Assembly (NCBI GenBank): GCA_032718475.1
Contig: JAUCBJ010003873.1
Span: 1-53,844 of the forward strand
Source: Nemertoderma westbladi
Lineage: Eukaryota; Animalia; Xenacoelomorpha
Length of the DNA: 53,844 bases
Direction of reading: 5' to 3'
The notes under the pieces were generated by a model. It worked only from the letters and a program-made list of their open reading frames with translations, ran no database searches and was not told where the DNA came from. Shown here piece by piece: positions 1-13,657 of this stretch (position 1 is the stretch's first letter; each line of letters begins with the position of its first letter). The translations under genes were made by a program, and so were the position numbers.

Positions 1-182
1 GACTATTTAAATCAAAACGTTAATCTAAAATGTTTCTATAGTCGTATTGTAACTACTGAAATAGCAGGTATGGAACCCTCATTCTTCTGGGATTTTGTAA
101 GTAAAAGTAAGAGTGATTGATTCATTTGTCTCACTAAAAAATTTCTTGATACCAGCAATTTTTCCCCCGGAGTTCAGAAGCC

Positions 183-293
183 GGAAATTTGACCCGTGAG
201 CTGATTGGTTAATTCACGGAACAATATTCCTGTACGGAACGTACAGGAATATTGTTCCGTGAATTAACCAATCAGCTCACGGGTCAAATTTCC
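183..293. repeat. Perfect palindrome: 54-bp arms around a GAA loop
   Basis: 183-236 (ggaaatttgacccgtgagc...cctgtacg) is the exact reverse complement of 240-293; loop GAA at 237-239; a diverged single-arm copy lies at about 508-559. Confidence 0.95.
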
Positions 294-331
294 TGTTTTC
301 CTACAGGAATTTTTGATATTTCCAAAGATTC

Positions 332-428
332 AAGACCCAATTATACAGACCTGCATAATATTGTAACATGTGTTAACTTTCGTTTATTGTTTTGGTTCCC
401 TCAACACGCCTCTGTAACATGCACCTTT
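332..428 (+). repeat. Short dispersed repeat (other copies at about 14380-14430 and 35217-35328)
   Basis: Shared core cataat..tgtaacatgt..ttaactttcgtttattgttttggtt in three places; ctctgtaac.tgc.ccttta shared with the 35 kb copy. Confidence 0.75.
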
Positions 429-2491
429 ACTGACCTGTTCCCTAAATATTAAGTGGGGGACAACTCCTTCTGAATGGATCAACAATTCCTGTATGAAAAC
501 ATGAATATTGATCCGTGAGCTGATTGGTTATTCACGGATAAATATACGTGTACGGAACGGCTAGTCGGAGTTCTCGTTTGGGTCACTTATGACCCAAGAA
601 TGGTTCAGGAGGTGACTCATATGACGCCGAGCAAGTTTCAGCCAATCAGAACATTTTTTCTGTCTTCACCGCCTTACTGTAGTAGTGTAGAAATTTAAAT
701 TGCCAAGGTTTCTCCTTCAAGGAGTCTCTATCTCCTGACTGTGCTGAGGTCATAAGCCTTTCATTGCTGTAACAAGCCATTATTAGAACGGTACATTATC
801 ATTAAATTGACTTTCGATTTATTGTTAGAGAACCAAATTTTTGATGGTTGAGCTGGTATATTTTCTCATCGACAGACATAGTGATATGTAATATAATATA
901 CAAGATGAGATAATTGCGATACTTTCAGACTTTATGGAATTACACCATGTCTTAGGAATATTAGAGTCTACTCTATCTATCTACTCTAGTGGCTACGATT
1001 TTTTGGTAACCTTCGACCATTATATTTTTCCGCCCCCACTCACGTGTACATTATTTCTTTATATTGCATGGTCGCTTTATTATTTTTGGCGGTAAATTTA
1101 AATTCTTATATTTGCATTGTCTGCATGTGGCTGTAATCTACTTTTCTCTATTATATATTCCTGAAGAAGGCCTCTATTTGAGGCAGAAAGCTCGTAAGAT
1201 TTTATTTATTTTTCTGTTTGTGGGTGTCGACATTCCCTCGTCTGTTTTAATAATTTATAGAAAACTAACAAGGGAAAAAGAAAAACAGCCTAACAACAAG
1301 TTCGTCTGTATTTCCCTGTTTTCAATAAGAACTACAGTAATAGTGATCAGCCAAAGGGATAGCGAGAGTTTTTATAGCAGGCACATCGGATGCTCGAACA
1401 AATACCGAAAAAATACATTCCAAAAACAGGTGGAGTACTGGAGGATCGAAATAGTGATGTTCCCGAACTATTTAATTAATTGTGGAATAAGCTGTGATTG
1501 AAAGGGAAAGGAATACTATTTACACTGACAGGCACATTAATTCGTCTATCTCGGTAACTAGAAGTAGCATAAAATTTACAAATATATCAGGAAATTTTGC
1601 AGGATATATGAAGGTAACGATGCAAAAAATTATACAATTCCACTGCAGGGAAATTGAAGAATTTTCACTAATGTTAATGAAGATTTCTCATAAAATTGGG
1701 ATTGCTAATTTATTTATCTATTTTCGTTTAAAAACCACAAGAGTTTATGATATAAGGACTCAATTTTATGGGACATTGATGGGTTTTTGAGGTCGAGGGT
1801 TTTATGAGACGAGTTCCACCCCTGAGTAGATAAAATTTCTGATATAAAGTTTCATAATCATATTGTACCAGCCAAAATGATAATACAAAAAATAAATTGG
1901 TATCTATGTAGAAATACATAGTTCAGTCAATCGTGATAGTCAATCAGCTAGTGTTAAACGGGATCAGACTTATCGGGATTGGGATTGCCACTCTCGGGAT
2001 CCCGATTTTCGTTATTGCAATTTTGGATTAAATGTTCTTAAAGTTTTCAGTATGAAACAGGTTTTGGGTAACTTTATATCACTTTATTTTACACTGCTGA
2101 AATATTAGTTATATAGATAAAATTATAATATTATTTTACAATTGATTACGAGATGGTTCACTGACATATTATTTGGATGTAATCAATATTTATGTGGTGC
2201 AACTTTTCATCGGATATTCACGAAATTTTTTTCACTATTAATACTTCGGGATCCCGTTCAAAAATAAGTCGGGATTGGGACCGGCATTATTTAGCTGGGA
2301 TCCCGACTTTTCGGTGTCGGGATCCTGTTTGAACTCCACATTGGACTAAAGTTGGTTTGAAGAAATAATTTGGGGTAAATCCCACCAATTTACCTTGTTG
2401 CAAAATACATGATGGTAAGGAATGAAACATGCAACTGAAATAAAAGTGTTGGGATGGTCAGATTTCTTGGAGCATGGAATTTTGTCATCTA

Positions 2492-3345
2492 TATAAACCA
2501 AGACCCGTAATTTAGTGTCATTTTCTGATGACAGGGACACCCCCCCCCCCCCCCCCCCCACCCAAATTTTTCTAGAAATATTATCATATTAGTTGAAATT
2601 TGAAACACAACTAGTTCCACTTACCGTGGTTGTTACCATGAAGCCGGCATTTTCGATTTTACCTTTAATTTTTTTACTAGCGTTTTAAAAAAGTATCTTT
2701 TGCGAAATCGCACCATCCCTATCGTGGCCATTCTTCACATTAGTCGTATTCGCAATTAGTTTCATATCATTAGAAAGCTTGCGTTGCAAGGATTCGAAAT
2801 ATGTAACAATGTCTGAATTTCGTTAAGAAACGGCTATAAGCGTTCGAAGATTGCAAGAAGTATCGTTCTCTGGAGGCCATTTTTTATATTTAATAAATAA
2901 ACGATGTTCTGGAACATTTTGTTTATGTATGAATAGCTAAGTAATAGAGATATTGTCAAGGACTTCTAGAACATAGTATATATTCTATAATATATAGAAT
3001 ATATAGATAGATACATAGATATATAGATAGATAGATAGATAGATAGATATATAGATAGATAGATAGATATATAGATAGATACATAGAATATATACTATGT
3101 TCTAGAAGTCCTTGATATTGTATAGGCATATCCCTGTTGCCCACCAACTCATAAAATAAATAACACATTCTAGAATTGTATGTAATTATTAAATAGATTA
3201 AATGGCCTTCCGCGTGAGTTGAACTAGTTGTGTTTCAAATTTCAAGCAATATGATAAAGATTTGTAGAAAAATTTGGGGGGGGGGGGGGGGGGGGGTTGT
3301 CCGTGTCATCAGAAAATGACACTATATTACGGGTCATGGTGTATA
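2492..3345. mobile_element. MITE-like element with about 130-bp imperfect TIRs containing poly-C/poly-G tracts
   Basis: gacccgtaat..agtgtcattttctgatgaca..C-run..aaatttgaaacacaactagttc (2500-2617) is mirrored at 3221-3345; tttgtcatctatataa occurs near both ends. Confidence 0.7.
2956..3115. repeat. (GATA)n microsatellite enclosed by a perfect 33-bp inverted repeat
   Basis: tcaaggacttctagaacatagtatatattctat (2956-2988) and its reverse complement (3083-3115) flank the gata/tata array. Confidence 0.85.
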
Positions 3346-4951
3346 CTAAGTACTTTGTCATCTATATAACACCGCACAAGTACTCACAAAAAAATTATTG
3401 GCATTATTGCAACTAATTTCACCTACCCTTGTCGCTAAGATGTCCTTTAAGTTCTACAGCCTGCCGATAGAAAGAAGGCGAAAAGTGACAATTTTCTACC
3501 ATGTTCAGTTCATGTGCATAATCGGTTCAAACGGAAACTTAGATTCTGTAAGCAAGGCCTCACGAACTTGTACAGCCCGTAGTAATAGTGTACAATCAGG
3601 GTCACAGATAGAAATGTAATACCACCAGAAAATAATTAGCAAATATTTTATGAATAGTGCCGCTTTAGCCGCTAGTACAGAAATTAATACATTTATTTTG
3701 AATTGATGTATAAGTAAACCGCCTCTAGTAATAAATTAACTTCATTATCATTCGAACATACCAATCCGGGACCTAAACGTTTAAATATAATATAGATTTC
3801 GAATTCGTTTAGATTCCGTCCAAATATTAGCAGACAGAGCGACACCTTAGAAACACATATTGTTAGTTGTTAAATTCTCAAGGAGACATTGTAGACAATG
3901 TGTAGGCTGGCCCAACAATGTACGTGATCGAATTGCACAGTGCACATCCCTTGGCGCACCAACCCGGTGTACTGATGCGTGTAAATATCATAATCCAATC
4001 AGTCTGGCATCATGTTAGTTACTGGGTCTATGTGACAAAGGGTTATGATGCAATCGGTGGATTGATATTCTATGTACTATAATTGTGAGTATTCGGCAGT
4101 AAATAATTACCCAACTTGAAAACCACAAAGGGGATAAAAAATACAGACGATATTTAAGGCAAGATTAAGTATTGTTTTAAACTAAGGAATTAATGTCGAA
4201 ATAAAATGTACAATATGTATATATTAATATTGTATGTAAATGCATTATTATATAATTTAGGAGAATGTTAACTTACTGTAAAACGATACGCTACTGGTTG
4301 CACTTAGTTAATTCATTTCTTTAGCTGTTGAAACATACAGACATAGTGACGGACAATTATTAGTCTGACAGACAATTCGTCACTCTCAATTTGGGGAACA
4401 ATAACATTTGTTATACCAGTTGCACAAAATGTTCTCCGAATTTCAAACTAATCAAAGAAAAAACAAAGAAAACAAACACCAGACATTCTAAAAAAAATAT
4501 CAACGAAACACTAAAAAATCAAACAGAACAAGATTACGAACCAAACCAATACACCAATGTGAACCTCATAATAAACCATATGGACTAAAACAAATCTACA
4601 GTAAAATAATAGATAGAGCGATACAAGATATACAGGTACTATATCACTGATGGTACGGATACTTCCTCACCAGTACTGTATAACCGATACTATATCGATG
4701 GACCCGGTACTATATAAATATAACTGGTAGTCCTACACCTACTGTTGATAATGATAGTACAGGTACCACCGATATAGTTATAGAATTACAGGTAAATGTA
4801 AATATAATGTTGTCATTGTCAAAATAGATATCATTGGTGACGAATTGTCTATAATAATTGTCCATTTTTCCACACAAACAAACCGACCCGTTTCCCGCAA
4901 TCTCCCAGAGTTACGGCCTAATTACTAGCAACTAAACCGCCGGGACCGGCG

Positions 4952-5635
4952 CTAAGAAGGTTCCGACGACTCAGTCACTGAACTCGATGTGCTCTGTGTG
5001 TCGAGGGTTGAAGGCGATTCTGATAGACTGGTATCGGAACTCTGGTGGCATTTATTAACTATTTTTTTAATGTGTTCTAAACCTTTCTGGTTGGGTCCCC
5101 GCAGGTCGGCCGCGGTGTAGGGAGCCTCGATGGTGACACCGGCGTCCGGTACGACGATTCCTTTATCGTCGTTCCATTTGCACACGAGTTGTTTGCTAAT
5201 CGTATCGAATAGTTTCTGCGCGTACGGCGACACATCCACTCCAATCTGGTCGATTCTGTGCCGTTTTGACTCGCACTCACGAGTGCAGCGCTCTAACAAC
5301 TTATCTCGATTGAGTTCCGGAAGGCTTTCAGCGCTGCTGGGCAGCGCTTTCGATTCGCTTACTAGTTTAACCTCCGATACGTTGTACAGATTAAGGATGT
5401 GAACGTCGTAACCTTCTTTCTTCGTAGAATTATCAGTTTTTATCACCAACATTCTGGATTTTAGATCGAAGGCCATAACATCTCCCTCGACGACCTGGTT
5501 CAGACAGGTTTTACATCGCAATCTCCAACCGATCTTGAAGTACTCGTGGTCAGTCGACGGGCTTGTCGGTGAGGTTGCCATGGATACAATATAATCAGCG
5601 CCTATAGAATGAATTCCTTTATCGATAGTTAACAT
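4952..5635 (-). CDS. LSM12: LSM12 homolog (N-terminal Lsm domain plus C-terminal AD domain); the true start is probably the ATG at 5581 (209 aa)
   Basis: EYFKIGWRLRCKTCLNQVVEGDVMAFDLKSRMLVIK, ILNLYNVSEV, QKLFDTISKQLVCKWND, VTIEAPY and LEHIKKIVNK parallel animal LSM12 (EYFSVGSQVSCRTC..GEVVAFD..QQLFQTIHK..CKW..ITPPY..LSHVRKIVEK); no intron in the CDS. Confidence 0.92.
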   Translation of the reverse strand: MLTIDKGIHSIGADYIVSMATSPTSPSTDHEYFKIGWRLRCKTCLNQVVEGDVMAFDLKSRMLVIKTDNSTKKEGYDVHILNLYNVSEVKLVSESKALPSSAESLPELNRDKLLERCTRECESKRHRIDQIGVDVSPYAQKLFDTISKQLVCKWNDDKGIVVPDAGVTIEAPYTAADLRGPNQKGLEHIKKIVNKCHQSSDTSLSESPSTLDTQSTSSSVTESSEPS

Positions 5636-7928
5636 TGATAGTTAGAGCCTCTCCCGATGTTTAGAGAAATAAATATGTTACCGGTACTTTAACAATAATT
5701 TCAAGGAATAAGAAACTGAAAACTGAAGAATGATTAGCTTTCTTTCGCATTCACTTCCTACCTGGTTCAGTGGTATTAAATTAACTAGGATATTAACTAG
5801 GCCTACTTAGTTTGGTTGATACCATTTCCCTTCACCATGGTCCCCTGGTCTGGTCACCCTTCCCTGCTTCCCCTTAAAGTCTGCTGGTCTACAGGTCTAT
5901 CTGTCTATGTCATTCCCAGGCAGCCAGGGAATGACATTTCACATTAACACAGACTGACAGAGCTACGGTCGGTATATGCAAGGTCTGAAGGTACCGGTAT
6001 GCTATATACTGGACTGGTACTGATATAGTGATATATCAGTATATGCAAGGTTGGATCTAAGTTCGTATGTTGTGGATTAAGTTCATGTCGCAGTAGGCCT
6101 ATGGGAAGAGGGAAGGATCTCAGATCTAAGTTCAGAAGTTCGTATGGGAAGGATCTATGTTCGTCACCCAAGATCTAAGTTTGCTCAGGATCTAACGTGC
6201 TCTAGGATCTAAAGCAGGGGAACCTAGACTGACACAGGTAGGCCGCGGCATAGGGTAGGCTATATATCCGTATACTGGTATAGGCCTAACTTACTAACAT
6301 AACACAGTAACATAATCTGATAATACCAATACCGTACCGGTAATACAGTAATAATAGGCCTAATAGTCTGATAGTTAAAATACAAATGACAGACAGACCA
6401 CAGACAGAAATTTTTAATAAACTGATAAATTTTCAGCACATCTCTATCTGTCTATTAATGTGAAATGGTAGGCCTAAGACAGTAAGACATTTTAACAATG
6501 CAAAATGAAAAAGAAACGCAAGCGAAGCGAGCGAAATTTATGTGCAGGCCTATTTTCGTGATTCTGTCAGTCTGTGATTTGAATTTATTTTGGGTGCGCT
6601 CGGGCTCGAACCCACGCCAGCATGCTGCCATGCGATGCCTGGATGCGCATCAGCCAGTCAGCCCTGTCCTGTCAGCCTGTCAGCGCTGCGGGTATCACAG
6701 TATCAGAGCTGCATGCCTGCATGCTGCTGCGGGCTGCGCACCGCTACGAAGCCCACCTGTCTCACCCGAGCGCCTATATGGAATATTGACAAAAAGCGCG
6801 CCACACGGATTCTGGTTAAACGAAAAGCGCGCCAGCCATGACATTCAATGCGCGCCAACATTGAAAGATTAACCATTAAATTTTTCGTAAAAAAATCGTT
6901 TTAAAAATTTCGAACTGTCATATCGTTTCTCCCGAGGCTACCTTGAGTACACCACGTAGTAATTAGCCTTTGGTTTCTCCACATATGGTCTTGTGACAGT
7001 GACAAATTGGTAGTGTAATAAATGGGCCAAGTTTATAATGTGAGCTATTCCTGGTGGCAGAGCAGTTGCCGCTAATGTGATTTACAGTATTACATGTTAT
7101 TTTTTATTATGGCGTAGGCCTACATTGTCTAATATTAGTCATCCTCGGATTAAGTTGTACACCTAGAGGGGTGGGTTGAGTAGTTAAAAGCACCACCCCA
7201 CCACTGTAACTACAACTTACTATTTTCCCTCAATTTCGAAATGTAGTTTCATGTATTGTTTTGGTTAAAAAAAAGCAGCTACTGTAACCTGCTCCTATCT
7301 CTTAATAATGGAACTTACTGTACTGGTACTAATGTACTGGTACTCTGTGTCGATTAAAAAACATACTTTTTGTTATCATATCCATATTTATATATCAGTT
7401 GATAGACAAAACACTGCAATAATAATAATGTAAATGTACAATATAGTATAGTAATATACAGTACCTCCCATACTTCAGTAGTAGGCCCTATCTATCAATA
7501 TAGTTACCACATTTATATTATGACTGTATGAAACAGTATTGTACTGCACAAAATGTAATTTTCGCACTATGAATTCCAGTCTGGCGTGAGTGAAACATCA
7601 TTTTTCTGGAGGGGCGTAAATAACTCCTATACCCCGATTCGGGGTATACCTAATTTTTCCGCTGCCTGAAGATTTTCTAGTAGAGCACCGATTCGGGGTA
7701 TAGCTTTCTACTGAAAATCTCGAATCGGTGTCACTATTTTCCACTATGACACCGATTCGGTGTATAGAGCTGTACCCCGATTCGGGGTATTTTCCCTTAC
7801 TGCAGACAGGCAGTCAGGTGGTTATCGGGTTATGGTTTGCGTTATGCTTTTATGGCAGTATGGGACTGTCTGAACTAATATGACAATGAAACCTGACGGA
7901 CTCATTCTTTCAAACAATTTTGTCAGTT

Positions 7929-8342
7929 CAGTCAGGAACACTGGTCACAATATGTCCAATTTACAGCCAGAATGTGTCCGCGGAAAACGCTCTCAGAGTG
8001 AAATTTCTCCATAGAAAACAATGCTAAATTTCATTTGAAAACCGGCAGTGAAATTTTAACATTGGCATTCTAAAAATTATGCCATTAGAATCGCCATAAA
8101 ATTCTGTATAAATTAATTTAAGAATTAGAATCTCATCGTTGGGATAACTATCATAATATTAAAAATAAAAATGTGCCCAGCTTCTGCTTTGAGTACTAGT
8201 GGAGTTACAGCCAAAATATGTCCGGAAATATAATCGCAGCCTGTGAAGGACAAATAGTGGCTGCACGGACACTTTCTGGCTGTGAATATGTGGACAATTT
8301 TTGGCTGAGCTTCAGCCAGAAAGTGACCAGTGTTCCTAACTG
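7929..8342. mobile_element. MITE, copy 1 (CAG-ended 20-bp TIR, 5-bp TSD)
   Basis: TIR cagtcaggaacactggtcac / gtgaccagtgttcctaactg; TSD CAGTT at 7924-7928 and 8343-8347; near-identical to 16724-17159. Confidence 0.9.
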
Positions 8343-8784
8343 CAGTTTGTATCATACTGTCATAGTGTAGGCCTATCTATAAAATATAATCTTGACCAGT
8401 TGACCAAATGTGGCCCCATATAATTTATCTAATCATTTACCAACCAGGTCAATCTAATCAATCAATATACAAATACAGAAATACTACAAAAACCTAGCGA
8501 AATACTACAAAAACCTAGCAGCCTAGCGAAAACCTTCAAAAACCGGCAAAAACCTTCCAAAAACCTACAAAAACCTTGCAAAAACCTAAAACCTAAAAAA
8601 TTTTCTGAAAAACCTATGGTTTTTGCCAGCCCTGCATACGGCATGTACCGTACTGCCGTACCGGTCCGGTCAGCCGGTACAGTAATTAATTCAGTAATTA
8701 GGCAGGCAAACTGCTGAGTGCTGACTGTGGACTGAACTGTATGACTGTGGTTGTGATAAGCTTGTCCTGTTGTCAGTTTCTATA

Positions 8785-9105
8785 GGGTAAATCTTTTCGA
8801 CCTACGCGTAGGCCTACGCGTAGCTACGCGTAGCTACGCGTAGTTTGTAACTTCCATTCCTGTCATTTACCGGTAGGGCCAGACTTACTGCCTTTTTAAC
8901 AACTACGCGTAGGTGTTTTAAAACTACGCGTAGTTATTTTGGAACTACGCGTAGGTATTTTGAAACTACGCGTAGCACCTACGCGTAGTTATTGTTAAAA
9001 CTCTGAAACTGGTGATATATGACCCAATGTTGCGAACTACGCGTAGCTACGCGTAGCTACGCGTAGCTACGCGTAGGCCTACGCGTAGGTCGAAAAGATT
9101 TACCC
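8785..9105. mobile_element. MITE with GGG termini, 8-bp TSD and 14 copies of the palindrome CTACGCGTAG
   Basis: TIR gggtaaatcttttcgacctacgcgtaggcctacgcgtag.. mirrored at the right end; TSD TTTCTATA at 8777-8784 and 9106-9113. Confidence 0.9.
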
Positions 9106-9729
9106 TTTCTATAAGCTGATACTGTGATAAGCCTATAGTTTGTTGGTACCACTGGTACCACTGTACCAGCCCGGCAAGCGGAAACCGATATCAGGATATC
9201 GTAATTCTACAATTATTGCAGAACTGTATTACATATTACAGTACGGCTGTACGGTACTGCTGTACTGCAGTAGGCAATACAGAAATATCAGAATTCAGAA
9301 TATCCCTGTATCCAGTAGTATAGTAGTACCAAGGCCATCTAAACAACTTGAACTTATTTAGTTATTGATATGTTATTATTTAGATGGCCTTGAGTTGAGT
9401 ACGGCTGTACGGTACACAGTACACAGCAGACAGCTGCAGCATTGCAGTACAGCAATACAGGCAGACGGTTAGAAGGCACAGATAGACAGATAACACGTTC
9501 GTCGGGCCTTCGCGCAGCACGAGGCTCAGTTATGAGATACAGATTAATATTGAGCGATTCTACTGTATCACAAACTCGTATCTAAGAAATTTAACCAAAC
9601 ACCCGTAAATCAAAGAGAGGGAAAAGCCCCCCCCCCCTCTCTTAACCTCCCTCTTAATCTGCACCACCCCCAACCCAAAGGCGCACACGGCACACAGGAT
9701 TGATGAAAGGCAGAGGTATTAACATAATA

Positions 9730-10018
9730 GGTTCCACCTGGGTGTAGTGGTTGCATTGAATTCACATCTGCCGTAGGTCGTGGGTTCGATCCTCACATGG
9801 GCCAGGGCAGTCTTCGTTTCGGCACGAATGCTTTAAAGGGATCAGCCAGGGGGCATCTCTGCCTTGCATCCTTAAGTGGTAGCTAAATGAGTACTGGAGT
9901 TTCCTCTGGGAAGTATAGTTCTGGGGGGGGGGGGGGGGGGGGGGCGCACTGGAAATAAGTCGACAGACTTTGTGCGTAATCCCTGGCCTAACGGCCGAAG
10001 AAAATTTACTTTTTTTTT
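9730..10018 (+). mobile_element. tRNA-derived SINE (degenerate)
   Basis: A-box-like tgggtgtagtgg (about 9739) and B-box ggttcgatcc (about 9783); core ctgccttgcatcctt..gtagctaaatgagtac resembles, from memory, the conserved Nin/Deu-type SINE core; T-rich end; no intact cloverleaf. Confidence 0.6.
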
Positions 10019-10570
10019 ATAACATTTGTGTTTTAAAAGTACTGTAATACAGTATGTTATATTTATTTTTAATATAACACAAAATAGAGTACAACTGGAA
10101 GCGATTCACAAATATACAAACAGCACATATTTCTAGCAAAAATAATTAAAGATCGCATATTATTTAATTTACTTAACCAACAAAGAAATCAATAAACTCA
10201 TGTTATTGGTAACATGTGAAACTCATAAAGTAATATATTAAATATATTAGGAGTGGAGGCGACCCAATTTATAAGAAATATAAAACTTACCTTATGCCGA
10301 TAGTATTGATGCTGAGATATTAGTTAATCATGTCAACACCTCAACGAAATTTTTTAGCTAATTATTCTGAAGAATCATGATTAAGTATTCGGCCAATCAT
10401 TTTGTAAGCTAAACACAATAACCTAGCTGGCTTATTAGTCTGGCTTATTACAATGCTGCCTTTGAGTAGAGGTGAGGTGTGGTTGGACTGGTTCCCCTTC
10501 CAAGCTGGGCTAGGCATGCTTGCTAATGCGCAAGCATGTCAACGAAGGAGAGAGCTAAGCTGGAGACGGG

Positions 10571-10950
10571 GCATTTTAATAAGTTAATTACGTTTAGATC
10601 AATAAAAAACACATTTCTTAAAGCAAATCTCTTGAACTAATTAAAAACTATAATGGAATGGGGTATGGGGAATACAGTTGTATAATTTTTAAGTATAATT
10701 ATTTAATTCTTACACTAGAAAATAATTAATATCCTTTAAGAGCCAGGTGAAAATGCTGTTTTCACCCTAATCAACTTAATTAACTAATTAACTGCTATTA
10801 TCTTAGCTTCTTGAAGGCCACACGGAAATTCAACTTGGAAAATTTCTAAACTTTTGCCAGACTACATGTGTACCAAGTTTTGATAGATTTCATTAAAATT
10901 TGGCTGAGTTATTAACATTTAAAATTGAAGACGACAGAACAACAGACACA
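10571..10950 (+). mobile_element. Dispersed repeat, possibly a non-autonomous Helitron-type element; inverted copy at 31612-31965
   Basis: acatttcttaaa..cttgaactaattaaaaact..aatggaatggggtatgggg and catgtgtaccaag..ttggctgagttatt match the reverse complement of 31612-31965; the family assignment is tentative. Confidence 0.6.
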
Positions 10951-11155
10951 CCGATTGAGTTGGTGGATTGAGAAATGTGCCGTGGATTTTCACGCCACAT
11001 TTCATAAATTGCCGCGGCTTTCAAGGCACATTTCGTAAAGTGCCGTGGCTTTCACGGCGCATTTAACGGCAACTTATGCCCCATAGAACACTATGCATTC
11101 CTTTTGTGGGTTGTGTTGTCCGGTGTGGGCCACCGTAGGTAGGTGCTAAAATGCA

Positions 11156-13657
11156 CAACGAGCAACAATGACCAACAACGAGCAACAATGAGCAACAACG
11201 AACAACAATGAGCAACAACGAGCAACAACGAACAACAATGAGCAACAACGAGCAATAATAAAGTACAACAACGAGTAACAATGAGCAACAATGAGCAACA
11301 ACGGGCAACAATGAGCAACAACGAGCAACAATGAGCAACCATGAGTAACAACGAGCAACCATGAGCAACAACGAACAACCATGAGCAACAACGAGCAATA
11401 ATAAAGTACAACAACGATAAACAATGAGCAACAATGAGCAACAACGAGCAACAATGAGCAACAACGAGCAACAATGAGCAACAACGAACCACAATGAGCA
11501 ACAACGAGCAACAATGAGCAACAACGAACCACAATGAGCAACAACGAGCAATAATAAAGTACAACAACGAGCAACAATGAGCTATAATAAAGTAGAACAA
11601 CGGGCAACAATGAGCAACAACGAGCAACAATGAGCAACAACGAGCAACAATGAGCAACAATGAGCAACAACGAGCAACAATGAGCAACAACGAGCAACAA
11701 TGAGCAACAACGAGCAATAATAAAGTACAACAACGAGCAACAATGAGCTATAATAAAGTAGAACAACGGGCAACAATGAGCAACAACGAGCAACAATGAG
11801 CAACAATGAGCAACAACGAGCAACAATGAGCAACAACGAGCAACAATGAGCAACAACGAGCAATAATAAAGTACAACAACGAGCAACAATGAGCTATAAT
11901 AAAGTAGAACAACGGGCAACAATGAGCAACAACGAGCAACAATGAGCAACAATGAGCAACAACGAGCAACAATGAGCAACAACGAGCAACAATGAGCAAC
12001 AACGAGCAATAATAAAGTACAACAACGAGTAACAATAAGCAACAATGAGGAACAAAGAGCAACAACGAGCAACAATGAGCAACAACGAGCAACAATGGGC
12101 AACAACGAACAACAATGAGCAGCAACGAGCAACAATGTGCAACAACGAGCAATAATAAATTACAACAACGAACAACAATGAGCAACAACGAACAACAATG
12201 ACCAACAACGAGCAACAATGAGCAACAACGAACAACAATGAGCAACAACGAACAACAACGAACAACAATGAGCAACAACGAGCAATAATAAAGTACAACA
12301 ACGAGTAACAATGAGCAACAACGGGCAACAATGAGCAACAACGAGCAATAATAAAGTACAACAACGAGAAACAATGAGCAACAACGAGCAACAATGAGCA
12401 ACAACGAACCACAATGAGCAACAACGAGCAATATTAAAGTACAACAACGAGCAACAATGAGCAACAATGAGTAACAACGAGCAACCATGAGCAACAACGA
12501 GCAACAACGAGCTATAATAAAGTACAACAACGAGCAACAATGAGCAACAACGAGCAACAATGAGCAACAACGAACAACAATGACCAACTACGAGCAACAA
12601 TGAGCAATAATGTATGCAACAATGAGCAACAACGAGCAACAATGAGCAACAACGAACCACAATGAGCAACAACGAGCAATATTAAAGTACAACAACGAGC
12701 AACAATGAGCAACAATGAGTAACAACGAGCAACCATGAGCAACAACGAGCAACCATGAGCAACAACGAGCAACAACGAGCTATAATAAAGTACAACAACG
12801 AGCAACAATGAGCAACAACGAGCAACAACGAGCAACAATGAGCAACAACGAACAACAATGACCAACTACGAGCAACAATGAGCAATAATGATCAACAATG
12901 AGCAACAATGAGCAACAACGAGCAACAATGAGCAACAACGAACCACAATGAGCAACAACGAGCAATAATAAAGTACAACAACGAGCAACAATGAGCAACA
13001 ATGAGTAACAACGAGCAACCATGAGCAACAACGAGCAACCATGAGCAACAACGAGCAGCAACGAGCTATAATAAAGTACAACAATGAGCAACAACGAGCA
13101 ACAATGAGCAACAACGAACAACAATGACCAACTACGAGCAACAATGAGCAATAATGATCAACAATGAGCAACAACGAGCAACAATGAGCAACAACGAACC
13201 ACAATGAGCAACAACGAGCAATAATAAAGTACAACAACGAGAAACAATGAGCAACAACGAGCAACAATGAGCAACAACGAACCACAATGAGCAACAACGA
13301 GCAATATTAAAGTACAACAACGAGCAACAATGAGCAACAATGAGTAACAACGAGCAACCATGAGCAACAACGAGCAACAACGAGCTATAATAAAGTACAA
13401 CAACGAGCAACAATGAGCAACAACGAGCAACAATGAGCAACAACGAACAACAATGACCAACTACGAGCAACAATGAGCAATAATGATCAACAATGAGCAA
13501 CAATGAGCAATAATGAGCAACAATGAGCAACAACCAGCAACAACGAGCAACAACGAGTAACAATGATAATCAACGAGCAACAATGAGCAACAATGACCAA
13601 TAACGAGCAACAATGAGCAATAACGAGCAATAATAAAGTACAACAACGAGCAACAAT
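11156..13657 (+). repeat. Satellite of GAGCAACAA(T/C) decamers punctuated by gagcaataataaagtacaacaac
   Basis: About 2.5 kb directly visible array with higher-order blocks (gctataataaagtagaacaacgggc at 11581, 11747, 11893). Confidence 0.97.

Noticed and set aside
1064-1919. ORFs of 145, 98 and 63 aa
   Set aside because: AT-rich low-complexity translations without recognisable motifs
9730-9805. tRNA gene
   Set aside because: A and B boxes are present but no convincing cloverleaf, and it continues into a SINE-like body
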